Origin: an uncultured Methanosarcinaceae archaeon
GTDB taxonomy: Archaea > Halobacteriota > Methanosarcinia > Methanosarcinales > Methanosarcinaceae
Reading direction: 5' to 3'
NCBI GenBank assembly: GCA_963847185.1
Contig: CAWJYV010000001.1
Location: forward strand, 128,001-192,000
DNA length: 64,000 bases
Below, piece by piece: positions 20,830 through 32,543 of the stretch; within the stretch, counting starts at the first letter, position 1, and every line of letters begins with the position of its first letter. The notes below the pieces were generated by a model. The model was not told the DNA's origin. It worked only from the letters and a program-made list of their open reading frames with translations, and ran no database searches. Position numbers and translations under genes: made by a program.

Positions 20830-22218
20830 ATGGATATAAGAACACAAAAAACATTTGAGGCACTTTTTGCCCTTGAAGATATTAGGGAGACTCTTAGACA
20901 AACACTTCCAAATATCACAAGTCCAGAAGAAGAGCATGCCATTAAAGAAGGCGTGAGCAAAGTCAGAAAAATTCTGGATGATATCGAGAACGATACCGGA
21001 ACCCCGGACATAAGAAAAATAGCTGATAATATTGATATTCGGTCCAGAGAAGAAACATACATCAATATACAGCCGATCCAGGCAGCTGGAAGGCTTACAC
21101 CAGAAGCAAGAAAAGCTCTAATAGCATATGGCGATGGCTACTCCACCTGTGATGCCTGCCGAAAACCTTTCAGGCTAGACAAAATAAGCAGTCCGCCTAT
21201 CGCTCCATTTCATGAACAACTCGCTAGCTTCGTTAATATGGATGTTGCTCGAGTAGTACCAGGCGCTAGAAGAGGATTCCAGGCAGTGGCATCCACTCTG
21301 GTCAATAAAGGAGATTTAGTAATAGTTTCATCCCTTGCTCATTATACAGAATTCCTTGCAGTAGAAGAAGCAGGAGGAATAGTTAGAGAAGTGCCCTTAA
21401 ACGAGCACAATCTTGTAACTGCAGATGCAACTGCTGAGAAAATTGAAGCAGTTAAGCAGGAAACAGGTAAACTGCCTGTACTGGTAATGATCGACCATTT
21501 TGATTACCAGTATGCCAATGAGCACGATGTAAAAAGCATTGCAAAAGTTGCGCACCAGTATGATATTCCTCTCCTGTATAACGGAGCATATACTGTTGGA
21601 GTAAGGCCAGTTGATGGAAAAGATATCGGTGCGGACTTCATCGTGGGTTCAGGCCACAAAAGCATGGCATCACCTGCACCGTCTGGAGTACTGGCAACAA
21701 CCGAGGAATGGGCTCCGAAAGTATTCCGCACAACTCAGATGACAGGTGATCTCACAAAACGCAAGTTTGGTGTAAAAGAAGTCGAGATGCTTGGCTGCAC
21801 ACTAATGGGCTCAACATTGCTGGGTATGATGGCTTCGTTCCCTACAGTTAAGGAGAGAGTAAAGAACTGGGAAGACGAGTTAAAAAAATCGAATTATCTG
21901 ATCGATGGGTTGCTTGCTATAGAAGGCAGTAAAGTAGTCTCAGAGTACCCACGAAAACATACCCTCTCCAAAGTTGACACAAGCAAGAGCTTTGATCTTA
22001 TAGCCCAGGAGCATAAACGAAGAGGTTTCTTCCTTTCAGACGAACTTTCAAGCAAGGGCATTGTCGGAGAATTTGCAGGAGCCACACGCGTTTGGAAACT
22101 TAACACATACGGGCTTTCATGGGAGAAAGTTCGCTATGTAGTAGATACATTCCAGGAAATTGCTGAAAAATACAAACTTCAGGTAAACAAGGAGAAGAAT
22201 TCCAATGGTAACAAATAA
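20830..22218 (+). CDS. pscS: O-phosphoseryl-tRNA:Cys-tRNA synthase (SepCysS), long form with ~65-aa N-terminal extension
   Basis: [45 protein letters not shown] Lys in [20 protein letters not shown]. Confidence 0.93.
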   Translation: MDIRTQKTFEALFALEDIRETLRQTLPNITSPEEEHAIKEGVSKVRKILDDIENDTGTPDIRKIADNIDIRSREETYINIQPIQAAGRLTPEARKALIAYGDGYSTCDACRKPFRLDKISSPPIAPFHEQLASFVNMDVARVVPGARRGFQAVASTLVNKGDLVIVSSLAHYTEFLAVEEAGGIVREVPLNEHNLVTADATAEKIEAVKQETGKLPVLVMIDHFDYQYANEHDVKSIAKVAHQYDIPLLYNGAYTVGVRPVDGKDIGADFIVGSGHKSMASPAPSGVLATTEEWAPKVFRTTQMTGDLTKRKFGVKEVEMLGCTLMGSTLLGMMASFPTVKERVKNWEDELKKSNYLIDGLLAIEGSKVVSEYPRKHTLSKVDTSKSFDLIAQEHKRRGFFLSDELSSKGIVGEFAGATRVWKLNTYGLSWEKVRYVVDTFQEIAEKYKLQVNKEKNSNGNK

Positions 22219-23500
22219 CTATAAACTGGGAACACTTGCCCTTCACGCTGGACAGGTTCCGGACCCCACAACAGGATCACGTACAGTACCGATATATCAG
22301 ACAACATCGTATGTTTTCAGGGATACTGACCATGCAGCCAACCTTTTTGGCCTTAAAGAGCTTGGCAACATCTACACCCGTATAATGAATCCTACTACTG
22401 ACGTTTTTGAACAGCGCATAGCTGCTATTGAGGGTGGAACCGGCGCTCTTGGAGTCGCTTCCGGCTCGGCAGCAATAACTTATGCCCTGTTAGCGATTAC
22501 GCGGATAGGGGACGAAATAATATCCGGAAACAACCTCTACGGGGGAACCTATGAACTTTTCAATTACACTTTCCCCAAGCTGGGAAGAAAAGTAACATTT
22601 GTAGATTCGACTGATATAGAAGCCTACCAAAAGGCAGTCAATGAAAAGACCAGGGCTATTTATATTGAGTCTGTTGGAAACCCTAAACTTGATATTCCGG
22701 ATTTTGAGGCAATTGCAGATATTGCTCACAGAGCCGGAGTTCCGCTTGTTGTAGACAATACAAGTGCTGTAGGACTTGTCCGGCCCATTGATCATGGAGC
22801 AGATATTGTTGTACATTCTGCAACCAAATTCATTGGCGGGCATGGAAACTCAATTGGAGGTTCAATTGTCGATTCCGGAAAGTTCTCCTGGAACAACGGC
22901 AAGTTCCCGGAATTAACAGATCCTGATCCAAGCTACCATGGTTTAAAATACTGGGATACCTTTTCAGATTTTCCTGGGCTTGGGAATGTGGCATTTGTCT
23001 TTAAAGTAAGGTTGCAGCTTCTTCGAGACACAGGTGCTGCGATTTCACCTTTTAATTCGTTCCTGCTGCTTCAGGGACTTGAAACCCTGCATCTAAGGAT
23101 ACAGAGACACTCAGAAAACGCCCTCAAGGTAGCACAATATCTTTCAAAACATCCTAAGGTCTCATGGGTCAATTATCCCGGTTTACCGGATCATCCAAGC
23201 CATAAACTTGCATCCAGATATCTCAAAGGCGGATATGGTGCGTTGCTGGGTTTCGGCGTGAAAGGCGGTGCTGAAGCAGGTAAAAAGTTTATTAACAATC
23301 TGGAACTGTTTTCACACGTCGCAAATATCGGAGATTCAAAGAGCCTCGTTATTCATCCTGCAACTACCACACATCAGCAGCTTACGCCGGCTGAGCAGGA
23401 AGCTACAGGTGTTAAACCGGATTATATACGCCTTTCCATAGGTATTGAGGATATAGAAGATATAATCTCAGATCTAAAACAAGCTCTGGAGAAAGTGTAA
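22205..23500 (+). CDS. metY: O-acetylhomoserine aminocarboxypropyltransferase / cysteine synthase family sulfhydrylase
   Basis: [51 protein letters not shown]; overlaps pscS by 14 nt. Confidence 0.92.
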   Translation: MVTNNYKLGTLALHAGQVPDPTTGSRTVPIYQTTSYVFRDTDHAANLFGLKELGNIYTRIMNPTTDVFEQRIAAIEGGTGALGVASGSAAITYALLAITRIGDEIISGNNLYGGTYELFNYTFPKLGRKVTFVDSTDIEAYQKAVNEKTRAIYIESVGNPKLDIPDFEAIADIAHRAGVPLVVDNTSAVGLVRPIDHGADIVVHSATKFIGGHGNSIGGSIVDSGKFSWNNGKFPELTDPDPSYHGLKYWDTFSDFPGLGNVAFVFKVRLQLLRDTGAAISPFNSFLLLQGLETLHLRIQRHSENALKVAQYLSKHPKVSWVNYPGLPDHPSHKLASRYLKGGYGALLGFGVKGGAEAGKKFINNLELFSHVANIGDSKSLVIHPATTTHQQLTPAEQEATGVKPDYIRLSIGIEDIEDIISDLKQALEKV

Positions 23501-23669
23501 CTGGCCTTATGCCAGTGGGCACTAATGCCGATTTATATAGAAACATTACAAAAAGAAATGGTATTTTGATGAGTTACATCTCATCAATACAACCTTGCTA
23601 CTACTTTCATTACTCTTATTTTACAATTCTTTTTTAAATATTATTTAGATAAACAAACGGATGACATTC

Positions 23670-24567
23670 ATGGACTTCGAAAAATTACGACACGGGACCG
23701 AACTTATCAAGCGGGGCTTTGCACGGATGCAGAAAGGGGGTGTGATCATGGACGTTACAACTCCCGAACAGGCCCGGATCGCAGAAGAAGCCGGAGCAGT
23801 TGCCGTTATGGCTCTTCAGGCTGTCCCCGCAGATATCAGGAAAGCCGGGGGAGTTGCCCGGATGGCAGACCCTGAAATCGTTCAAAAAATCATTGATACG
23901 GTCACAATTCCTGTAATGGCAAAAGCCAGGATCGGGCACTTCGTAGAGGCTGAAATATCTAGAAGCCCTTGGCGTTGACATGGTGGACGAATCAGAAGTC
24001 CTGACCCCTGCTGACCCTTACTACCACATAGACAAGACACAGTTTACCGTTCCTTTTGTCTGCGGAGCCAGAAACCTTGGAGAAGCTCTTCGCAGAATTA
24101 ATGAAGGGGCAGCCATGATCCGGACAAAAGGAGAAGCCGGAACTGGAGATGTCAGCCAGGCAGTAAAGCACATGAAGCAGATTCAGGGAGAAATCCGTGC
24201 CCTTGCCGGAAAAACCAAAGAAGAACTCATTCTGGTTGCAAGGGAAATAGAAGCTCCTATAGAACTTGTTGTCGAAACCGCAAAAATGCAGCGCCTTCCG
24301 GTAGTAAACTTTGCAGCAGGCGGAGTTGCAACTCCTGCAGATGCAGCACTTATGATGCGCCTTGGAGCAGACGGAGTTTTTGTGGGCTCAGGAATTTTCA
24401 AAGCCGAAAACCCTGAAAAGATGGCAAAGGCAATTGTTGAAGCAGTCAACAACTTTGACAACCCTGCAAAACTAGCAGAAATCTCAAAAGGCGTGGGTGC
24501 AGGCATGAAAGGCATCAGCGCAGATATGATCCCTGCTGCAGAAGCTCTCCAGGAACGCGGGTGGTAA
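23670..24567 (+). pseudogene. pdxS: Pyridoxal 5'-phosphate synthase lyase subunit PdxS, frameshifted
   Basis: [38 protein letters not shown]. Removing one base at ~23958 restores [11 protein letters not shown]; real mutation or sequencing error. Confidence 0.9.
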
Positions 24568-24569
24568 TC

Positions 24570-24625
24570 CACCCGAGTTTCGCTTCGGGAGCACGAAGTC
24601 TTTTCGCTTCGCTCAAGAGGACTAA
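24570..24625 (+). repeat. Dispersed REP-like intergenic repeat, short copy 3
   Basis: CACCCGAGTTTCGCTTCGGGA...TTCGCTTCGCTCAAGAGGACTAA immediately after the pdxS stop. Confidence 0.65.
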
Positions 24626-24963
24626 TTTATGGCTTAGAATCTTATTTAGCTTCCTTAATTGGGTGGATCTTGAGAAAATTCGATTTGTTTCACTGCGCTT
24701 AAAAGTACTAACTTCTGGTAATTATACAGCCATTTGATAGCACTTTCCCAATAAACGATTAATCTTTAATTATATATATCATGAAGAACTCTAATGTGCT
24801 GGGCATCTGGGTAGGTCATTAAAGACCCTTTATAAACTCTTTTTAATAACCCCCCAACACCCCCAACTCCCCAATACCCGGGTGCTCATTCCCATTTTCT
24901 ACTCCTTAGATCATAGAATTCGTTTTCTTGTTCGGATTTGTCTGGAGAGGACTCAATTCAGCT

Positions 24964-25019
24964 TTTTCAGGCAATATAACTCAACTGGTAATTTTCAGGC
25001 AATATAACTCAACTGGTAA
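24964..25019 (+). repeat. 28-bp perfect tandem duplication
   Basis: TTTTCAGGCAATATAACTCAACTGGTAA x2. Confidence 0.9.
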
Positions 25020-25712
25020 CAGAACAATAATTCCTATGAGCCCTTTTCCTCCTCCAATCAGATGGTTATAATCAGGATAAACGAATCCATATCCTATGAC
25101 CTGTGCATTGAAAACTCCGTACACGTATGAAGCCAGAAGTATTCTTTTATTTTCAGGGTCAAAACCCCGATATAAATTCCAAGCAGAGTGATCAGGACAG
25201 TAAGTATTAGGCCTCCGGCTATTTTATCAGGATAATCTCTGGAGTTAAGAAGAAGTACAAAAGGCAGATGTCAGAGTCCCCAGTTAAACCTGAGATTATG
25301 AGTGCTTTTTCTCTTCAAAAGGCAGTAATTTAGGGAGCTTGTCCAGTGCTTCAGCGCGGCTTAAACCGTTTCCTCTCAAAAAAGGTATTTAAAAATAGGG
25401 ATTTTAGGGATTTTTAATAACAAAGATTAATGATCAAATTGCGGAAAATAATAACCAAAAATTTATCCTAAGTAAATTTCATTAGTTTTAATTTCAATTT
25501 AATATAAATAAGCATTATTCCGTAAGCTTATTCAGAAATATTGGTTCTTTCTATTAAGAAAAATTCAAAAAAGTTAACAAATTTTAATATTTACTTATAT
25601 TTCACTACTAATTCCTCTAAATTTCAAAAGTAGAAAATAATTAGAAAAACTAACCGAAAAACTTTTAACCTTTCTCGAAGGAATATGTAATTCATTAAGA
25701 AATTATGTATGA

Positions 25713-26312
25713 TTGGGAGTGGTTTATACGGAAAACTTCAAGATTACCCGTGGGAAGGGTAATTGTTTTGAATTTATGTATAATTCAAATACAGTAAAAG
25801 AATTAAAATCAAGTGAAATATGGAAAAGATGTGCAGCTCATATTTTTGATATTTTTATGGTAAATCTGTTTGCTCTTCTTATTCTTATATCAGTCACGTT
25901 AATTGTTGTTCAACCTTTGAAAATATATGGCATGTTGCTTGCAAACCTGGCTATCCTCGCTTATTTCATTTATTTTGAAGACTCTTCGAGAGCAGCAAGA
26001 TCCGGAAAAAAATGGATAAATCGAATTTATAGCTGTTTTGAATGCAAAAAAATCTCTGTTGAGAGGGCATTTTTCAGTTATTGTACAGGAGGAATGGCAG
26101 GTTTTTTTCTGGTAGTTATAGATGTGGCTGCTAACGGGGTGGCGATGGCCAGCGAACATCTGGGATTTTACTTCATTATACCTCTCGTAACATATGCTCC
26201 TGTACTATTTATGAGCCTTAGAGAGAATGTTCATGATTTATTTACAGGTACAGTATTCCTGAAAAATCCGGAAGTAAATTCGGCTGTAAGTCCTGGAGGA
26301 AATGAGGAATAA
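25713..26312 (+). CDS. RDD family membrane protein (start uncertain, possibly degenerate)
   Basis: WKRCAAHIFD, several TMs, SGKKW, VHDLFTGTV. Confidence 0.7.
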   Translation: MGVVYTENFKITRGKGNCFEFMYNSNTVKELKSSEIWKRCAAHIFDIFMVNLFALLILISVTLIVVQPLKIYGMLLANLAILAYFIYFEDSSRAARSGKKWINRIYSCFECKKISVERAFFSYCTGGMAGFFLVVIDVAANGVAMASEHLGFYFIIPLVTYAPVLFMSLRENVHDLFTGTVFLKNPEVNSAVSPGGNEE

Positions 26313-26415
26313 AACTTTTTTGTTTGTATAAATTTTTCCTATTATACAATTTTGTCCTGCTTTACAATACCTTTAATTGTTCGATTTTTTCGATTTTTTC
26401 CGGCTCTCCTCTAAT

Positions 26416-27882
26416 TCAGCTCCGCCAGCTCCTCTCCATTTTCTCATACAGGCCGATTAAATTATTTCTTGTAATTTTGAAATAAGGATGGTCGGGTCCA
26501 TACTCTTTTTCAATTATATCGAGGGCTTTTTCGTAAAGGTCTATCGAAGTTTCATATTCACCCATGCTTTCATGGAGACCTGCGAGGTTGTTGAGTGTAG
26601 TGCCTACATCAGGATGAGTTGGGCCCAGGGTTTTTTCATAGATTTCAAGGGCACGGGTGTAGAGGGGGAGGGCTTTTTTATGCTGACCAATTATTCTGTA
26701 AAGCTCGCCCAGGTTATTGAGAGTCTTGGCAACTTCAGGACTGTCAGGACCAAGGACACGTTCCCGGATTTCAAGGGCTCTAGTGTATGCTTCCAGAGCT
26801 TTTTCATTGCGACCTTTCTGCACATATACGCCTGCCAGATTGTTCAGGGTTGTGGCAAAGCCTGTGTGTTCGGTTTTTCCGAACTTTTCCATGATATCAA
26901 GGGATCTTGTGTAGAGGATGAGCGCTTTTTCATATCTCGTTGTCTGGAAATAAAGAAGAGCAAGATTATTCAGCGTTTGGGCTACCTGTGGGTGTTCAGG
27001 GCCGTATACCTTTTCCTGAAGCTTTAAAGCCTGCCTGTATCTATCTTCAGAGTCCTCAGTTTTTCCCATCTCTGAGAGCAAAACACCCAGGTTATTCAGG
27101 GTTCCGGCTTTATACGTCATAGTCCCGCGCTTACCAGGATCTCTTACCTCGAGCTTCTCAAGGAGTTCGAGAGCTCTGGTAAAGAGTTCTTCAGCTCTTT
27201 CGGGTTTTTCCATTCCCTTATAAAAAAATGCCATCCTGTTCAGAGTTCTAATAGCACCGAGATTTTCCGGGCTCAGAAATTTTTCCTGGATTCCTAAAGC
27301 CCGCATGTAATATGAAAGGGCTTCATCTGGCTTTTCCATTAAATAGTAGAGAGTACCAAGCTCACTGAGAGTGTCTCCAGTTTCAGGCTTCTCAGTTCCA
27401 GAAAATTTTTCACGAATCCTGAGCGCTCTGGTAAAAAGCCTGAGCGACTCTTCATAATTTTCCATGTAACGGTAAATTCCTGCTATTCCATTTAGTATAG
27501 ATGCGGTTTCAGAGCTTTCAGGCTCAAGGCAGTTTTCAGAAATACCAAGCAGCTCCTCGTAAAGAGGTAACAACATTTTCCAGGACCCAGACCTGTAGAA
27601 AGGTTCAGCTCTAATAATAAACCATCCTACCAGCTCCTCAGGTCTGAAAAATTCTTTTGCATATAAAAAAGCTTCCTTAAAGGCTATCTCGTCTTCAGGG
27701 GTGATAAGTTCAGGGTCCAAGTCTTTCAGCCTTTGTTCATACCTCTCAAGAATAGCTTTTTTGCTTCCCTCCTTTTTGTCCTCTATCTTACCAGAGCTGT
27801 TTTTGGCAGAAATTTTTTCTTTTCCTGAGCTTTCTCCTCTTTCTGAACTTTCTTCTTTTACTGAATCTTTGGAATTGATCAT
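26416..27882 (-). CDS. Tetratricopeptide repeat protein (kinesin light chain-like 42-aa TPRs)
   Basis: Repeated GPEHP.VA.TLNNLA..Y...G.Y.KAL.LY.RALEI units. Confidence 0.93.
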   Translation of the reverse strand: MINSKDSVKEESSERGESSGKEKISAKNSSGKIEDKKEGSKKAILERYEQRLKDLDPELITPEDEIAFKEAFLYAKEFFRPEELVGWFIIRAEPFYRSGSWKMLLPLYEELLGISENCLEPESSETASILNGIAGIYRYMENYEESLRLFTRALRIREKFSGTEKPETGDTLSELGTLYYLMEKPDEALSYYMRALGIQEKFLSPENLGAIRTLNRMAFFYKGMEKPERAEELFTRALELLEKLEVRDPGKRGTMTYKAGTLNNLGVLLSEMGKTEDSEDRYRQALKLQEKVYGPEHPQVAQTLNNLALLYFQTTRYEKALILYTRSLDIMEKFGKTEHTGFATTLNNLAGVYVQKGRNEKALEAYTRALEIRERVLGPDSPEVAKTLNNLGELYRIIGQHKKALPLYTRALEIYEKTLGPTHPDVGTTLNNLAGLHESMGEYETSIDLYEKALDIIEKEYGPDHPYFKITRNNLIGLYEKMERSWRS

Positions 27883-28812
27883 TGTTAACCCCTCATGAAC
27901 GAAAAAAAGGCTAATGAAATCTTTATCCGAATATTAATTGGAATATTAAAAGATGCTTCTATATTAAATCTAACATGCCTGCGTAAAAAGGGGTATAGAA
28001 ATGAGATTTTTCCGATATATTATTTTCTTATTTTTGCACTAATACAACTTCTGAATTCTAGAATGCCCTATTTAGTTTTCGACGTAAATTTTACACTTTA
28101 ATCCTTTTTTGAGGAAAAATCTGCTTCGTCAGAAATATTTAAATTTCTACGCTGTCAAATACATACAAAAATACCCACTCGGCGGTTTATTGCTTTTTTG
28201 GATTAGTGAAAGAAGTTAAGAGATTTACTATATCTTAATTTTTCTTTTCGATTTAGTATACTTATAAATAACTTTATTCATATCTTTAAATAATATTATA
28301 CTCAATCACTCGGTGTTTTTATCTCGTTTTATCATAAATTTTATATGTATTGAGTACAAATAATTATTGACTTTAAAAAAGTTAATGAACTATATGGTCT
28401 TGGGGAAGGATTAGGCTACTTTGTAGAGTTATCCTGCTGAAATAGTGAGTAACTTTTGTTTTAATCTCTGGAGTTTTGGGAAGCAAAAATCGATTGGATC
28501 GTTTTGAAAGACTTCCAGTACGAAAAAATATTGATTTCCAGAATTCGGCTAATTTCGATGTGTTCAACTGCATACCTTGAAGACTTGAAGCCTTCAAAGC
28601 ATCAAAAAGATTCACGAAATCTAAAATATCTGTAATTGCCCTACTACTATTATTGCTACTACTATTTCGTGTAGATGAAAAAAGATTCCTTGGCCATATG
28701 AATAGAATAAGTTTTCAGGCCGATATGATGTCTGTCAAATGATTTTTAGGTCTGTACGGCTGATGTTAAACGTTTACAAGTAAAGTGAACTTATTTGGAT
28801 TGGGGAGCGAAT

Positions 28813-29844
28813 ATGGAGAATATTTCAAGACTGAAGTTTACAAAAACGTCTAATGAGCTTCTGGCTATCCTTATATTAGGGTTCATTTTTACAGCGATAG
28901 CCTCCAACTATAACCTTATTGAATTTATTGTTACGTTTGTCAGAGGATACGACAGAGGGGAGATAAGAGAACTGCTGATTATTCTGGCATTCATTGGTTT
29001 TGGGGCAGGAATCTTTTCCTTTGGCCGCTGGATAGAATTTGAAAGGACTCTGAAACGTTGCAGAGTCACGGAAAATGATCTGAATGAAAGGAATAAAATC
29101 TACAGATCCTTATTTGAGCAGGCCAGTGAAGCAGTCATCGTTGCAGACGGAAAGAAAATTCTTAATATCAATAAGAAAGGCTGTGAAATTTTCGGTTTAA
29201 AGCAAGAATCTCTCTGTGATCTCTCCTTGGTATCTCTTATTCCAGCAAAATACCTTTCTGAATTTCAACAGACTTTGAACGAGACATTAAGGGAGAATTT
29301 CTCCTCTTTTGAGCTGAAATATACAAAACCTGACGGAAATATAATAGACATGGAAATTAGCTTATCTCTTGTAGATAGAGAAGATAAGATTGTTCAGGTT
29401 ATTGCTCGTGATATTACTGACCGAAAGAAGACAAGAAGAAGGGAACAAGAAGGCAGGGAAAGGCTAAAAACTATCTTTGACAACACTTTTTGCGGCATTT
29501 TTCTGATTGAAGCTTCCACCAGAAAAATTGTGGGTGCAAACTCGGTTGCACTTAAGGCTACGGGTTATTCTGAGAAAGAACTTATGGGTAAAGCCTTGCA
29601 AGAATTAATCTGCCAGATCGGGGATGAAAGATTTGCTTCTTCTTTGAATCCGGCTGGAGATCTTTCAGAAGGTATACTCTTCAGGCAAAGAGGCGATTCC
29701 ATACCGATTCTAAGAAGTATTGTGCCTGTATCAATAGGAGAAAAAGCATACTTTGTTGAAAGTTTTGTTGACCTGCCTGAATTTAAGAAAACAGAAGAAT
29801 TTTTCCAGACAAAAACAGAACTTGAAGGAGCAAACTATATGTGA
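28813..29844 (+). CDS. Membrane PAS-domain protein; probably a truncated sensor kinase
   Basis: Two TMs, YRSLFEQASEA...IARDITDRK PAS, a second PAS; ends at LEGAN where a HisKA domain normally begins. Confidence 0.75.
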   Translation: MENISRLKFTKTSNELLAILILGFIFTAIASNYNLIEFIVTFVRGYDRGEIRELLIILAFIGFGAGIFSFGRWIEFERTLKRCRVTENDLNERNKIYRSLFEQASEAVIVADGKKILNINKKGCEIFGLKQESLCDLSLVSLIPAKYLSEFQQTLNETLRENFSSFELKYTKPDGNIIDMEISLSLVDREDKIVQVIARDITDRKKTRRREQEGRERLKTIFDNTFCGIFLIEASTRKIVGANSVALKATGYSEKELMGKALQELICQIGDERFASSLNPAGDLSEGILFRQRGDSIPILRSIVPVSIGEKAYFVESFVDLPEFKKTEEFFQTKTELEGANYM

Positions 29845-30004
29845 AGGCATTCTTTAGCTTGAGCTAGCTATATGAAAACAGTCATTAGCTTTAGCTATTA
29901 CTTCCCACTTAACTGCAGCCTTCAAATTTCCAAAACCGGGATTAAAAATAAAGGCTTTCAGAAAAGAAAAATTGTAAATTTTTGTTTTTTCTCAGGTTTT
30001 CGTT

Positions 30005-31112
30005 TTACCAGACACGGCTGTTTTTCAGGGTAGCCAGGATATTTGTGAACTCGTTACTGAACCTGCAATTTCTGAAATCAGCCGAGCCAAGAATGTTTTT
30101 CTTTATCTCCTGTAACCCGATAAACAGGCTGATATCGTCACTGTATTCAAATTCCTCTCCGGATGGAGTGATGTTTTCTGCAAGAATTTCTAGGAGCTTC
30201 GGATCAAGGTCATTTGTTAAATATGTGTCCAGAATCAGAATATCTGAAATTCTTTTATAAAAATCAATCAGATGCTGGTAACCGGGTATAGGAGTAAACT
30301 TTTGCCAGATCCTTTTGCCTGTTAAGATAAATCAGGTAGCGAGAGATTGTGCTTACTAGGGTCTCAGTGATTTGCTTTTTAGGAAATTCGATTGGGAACC
30401 TTTTCAGCATTTCCGAGTTCAGCTTACCGTTGTTCTGTGCCTTTTCGCGGTTTAGGATCTCAGGAAAAGCTCTTGATATCGAGGAATTAAGTACAGCTGT
30501 TGTATAGTGGTATAGCGTGGGATCCCCGAGAACTATCCCTACTCCATCTGCAAATACATGGCGCCCGATCTGATCATATGAAGCCTGCAAATGCACATTA
30601 TTAGTAACAATGATTTTTGGTGTTTTTACGTAATGCAGGAAATTTTCTTTTTCCAGGCGATAGATATCAGCAGAATCCAGTTCCTGTCCATCGGTTTCTG
30701 ATGTATGTTTGATTTCTACCAGCTGCTTGTAAGCTACAGGATACTTCGTTTTTATCTCCTCTGGCTGATATAATCTATACTCCTTCTTGATACCATAGCC
30801 GAGGATTTCATATGGCAGCATAAACTGGTACTGGGTTGAATGAATAGTAAACTCATTCGTGAGGGAGCCATCCATATAAGGATACATAAGTTCCTTTTCT
30901 ATACTTACCTGCTCTACGCTTACATTACTTTGGGGGGTTCCACAACCATTGGATGCGTCTGTACAATATTCTCTGGAAAGGCCAGTTTTATATAAAAAAT
31001 CATTTTTTGTAGGTACGCCTTCAAAGACTTCTATTGAGATGTCTTCCAGCGTTCTGGATATTTTACTGAGCCTTTCTACAATGTCGTCCTTACTCCAGAA
31101 CATATATTTCAC
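30005..31112 (-). pseudogene. Stand-alone TaqI-C/Eco57I-like target-recognition domain protein, frameshifted
   Basis: KYPVAYKQL, TPKIIV, YTTAVLNSSI, MLKRFPI resemble restriction-modification TRD; the +1 frame continues (PGYQHLIDFYKRISD...SRVW*) to a stop at 30005. Confidence 0.55.
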
Positions 31113-31422
31113 TTCTCTTAAATATATATAGGGAATTCCGGATAATAGCCTTAGTCATCAGTCGCAATGTCAAAAAATACAGCTGGGTCGCATTGTCAAA
31201 AATTACAACTGGGGGATTTTAAGACATGTAACTTTTGACTTTTCAGAATCTCCGTATCAACTTTGAATATGACTCTTAATATAATAATCTATCTATATTA
31301 AAAGTTGACAATTACAATTTACTTTTTCAGGTTAACTGAAAAGCAAGAGCATATGGCCTCAAATTAGATATTTGATACCTTAAGAAGTAAGCTTTTTGAG
31401 AAATGAGAAAAAACCTCGCGGT

Positions 31423-32121
31423 TCACATATTAGATAAGACTTTAAAAGCCATTCTTGCATTTTCCAGCATACTGTGATTATTATTGAAATAGATGTAAAC
31501 TTTCCCAGGCCCAAAATCATTTATCTTCCGGGCAGTTTCTTCGATCTCTTTTTGTAAATAATTATAGCTATACCAGCTTTCTCTTCCATGCATTCTCAAA
31601 TAAATGATTTTTCCGGGAAAGATTCGGTCTCTATAATCAGGCGAATCTACAGATACCAGTGTCACCTTTTTCATAAGCTCTTCACACAATTTATCGTCTC
31701 CAAGTAATTCTTTATTCCTGAGCTCAAAAGCGAACCTCTCGCCAAGTCCTGTATCTTCCGCAAATCTGAGAGCCCTCGCGATATCATTAAACTTTGGAGG
31801 TGTCTGGAAAAGATAAAAATCAATTAAATGGTCCATGGGTTCAAAAAGCTCCCGAAAATTGTCCCAGATTTCAAGAGCACTTTCACTAAACTGGCGCCAG
31901 TGAGTTATGGACCTGTGAACTTTTACGCTCCATCTGAGCCCTGATCCTTTCACTTTCCAGCTTTCGACTTGCCGTGGAGATGGAAATCTGTAAAAGCTGA
32001 AATTAAGTTCGACAGTATTCAGGCCTGAATTCTGGACAAACCAATCAAGATTTTTTTTCTTATTCCACTCATAGTACCAGCCGCTGGTACCAACAAATAC
32101 ATTCATACAATCCCCTTCCAT
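31423..32121 (-). CDS. DUF72 family protein
   Basis: VGTSGWYY, TVELNFSFYRFP, FQTPP, AFELRN, YLRMHGR, YIYFNN. Confidence 0.9.
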   Translation of the reverse strand: MEGDCMNVFVGTSGWYYEWNKKKNLDWFVQNSGLNTVELNFSFYRFPSPRQVESWKVKGSGLRWSVKVHRSITHWRQFSESALEIWDNFRELFEPMDHLIDFYLFQTPPKFNDIARALRFAEDTGLGERFAFELRNKELLGDDKLCEELMKKVTLVSVDSPDYRDRIFPGKIIYLRMHGRESWYSYNYLQKEIEETARKINDFGPGKVYIYFNNNHSMLENARMAFKVLSNM

Positions 32122-32543
32122 TCGTCATTGGTTAAGCATTAAACTTCGTCTATTGCACATATTTTTGTAATTATGCCAAATCTCTCTGTATCTATGTCTC
32201 CTCGTCCCCTCATATGCCCGAAAACTCTCTTTGGGAAACATTTCCCGAAGAGGTGGTTCCTGTTGCATATATGTCATTTAAGTTTTATGGCCATATGATT
32301 TTGAATAATTTGCACATTGGCCTATGCTATAAAAGAAACAACAAGTAGCAATAATCTACCCATAATTGTTCGAGAATTTGCGCATAAAACTTATAAGGAG
32401 TTAACAAACAGAAGTATAATGGGATTCATATAAATTTTTCAGTATCGTCTGAACTACACAGTATGAACCCAGAGGACTCTTCTACTGTTGTTCACATTAC
32501 TAAATGTAAACTCTATAGCAGGTCACAATTCCGGATAGGTTCA

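Noticed and set aside
20470-20863. Short ORFs around 20470-20863
   Set aside because: They overlap tRNA-Cys 4, the palindrome and MITE ends; no protein motifs
29840-29900. Pyrrolysine (TAG) read-through extending the PAS protein
   Set aside because: The ORF ends in TGA and the downstream frames contain several stops
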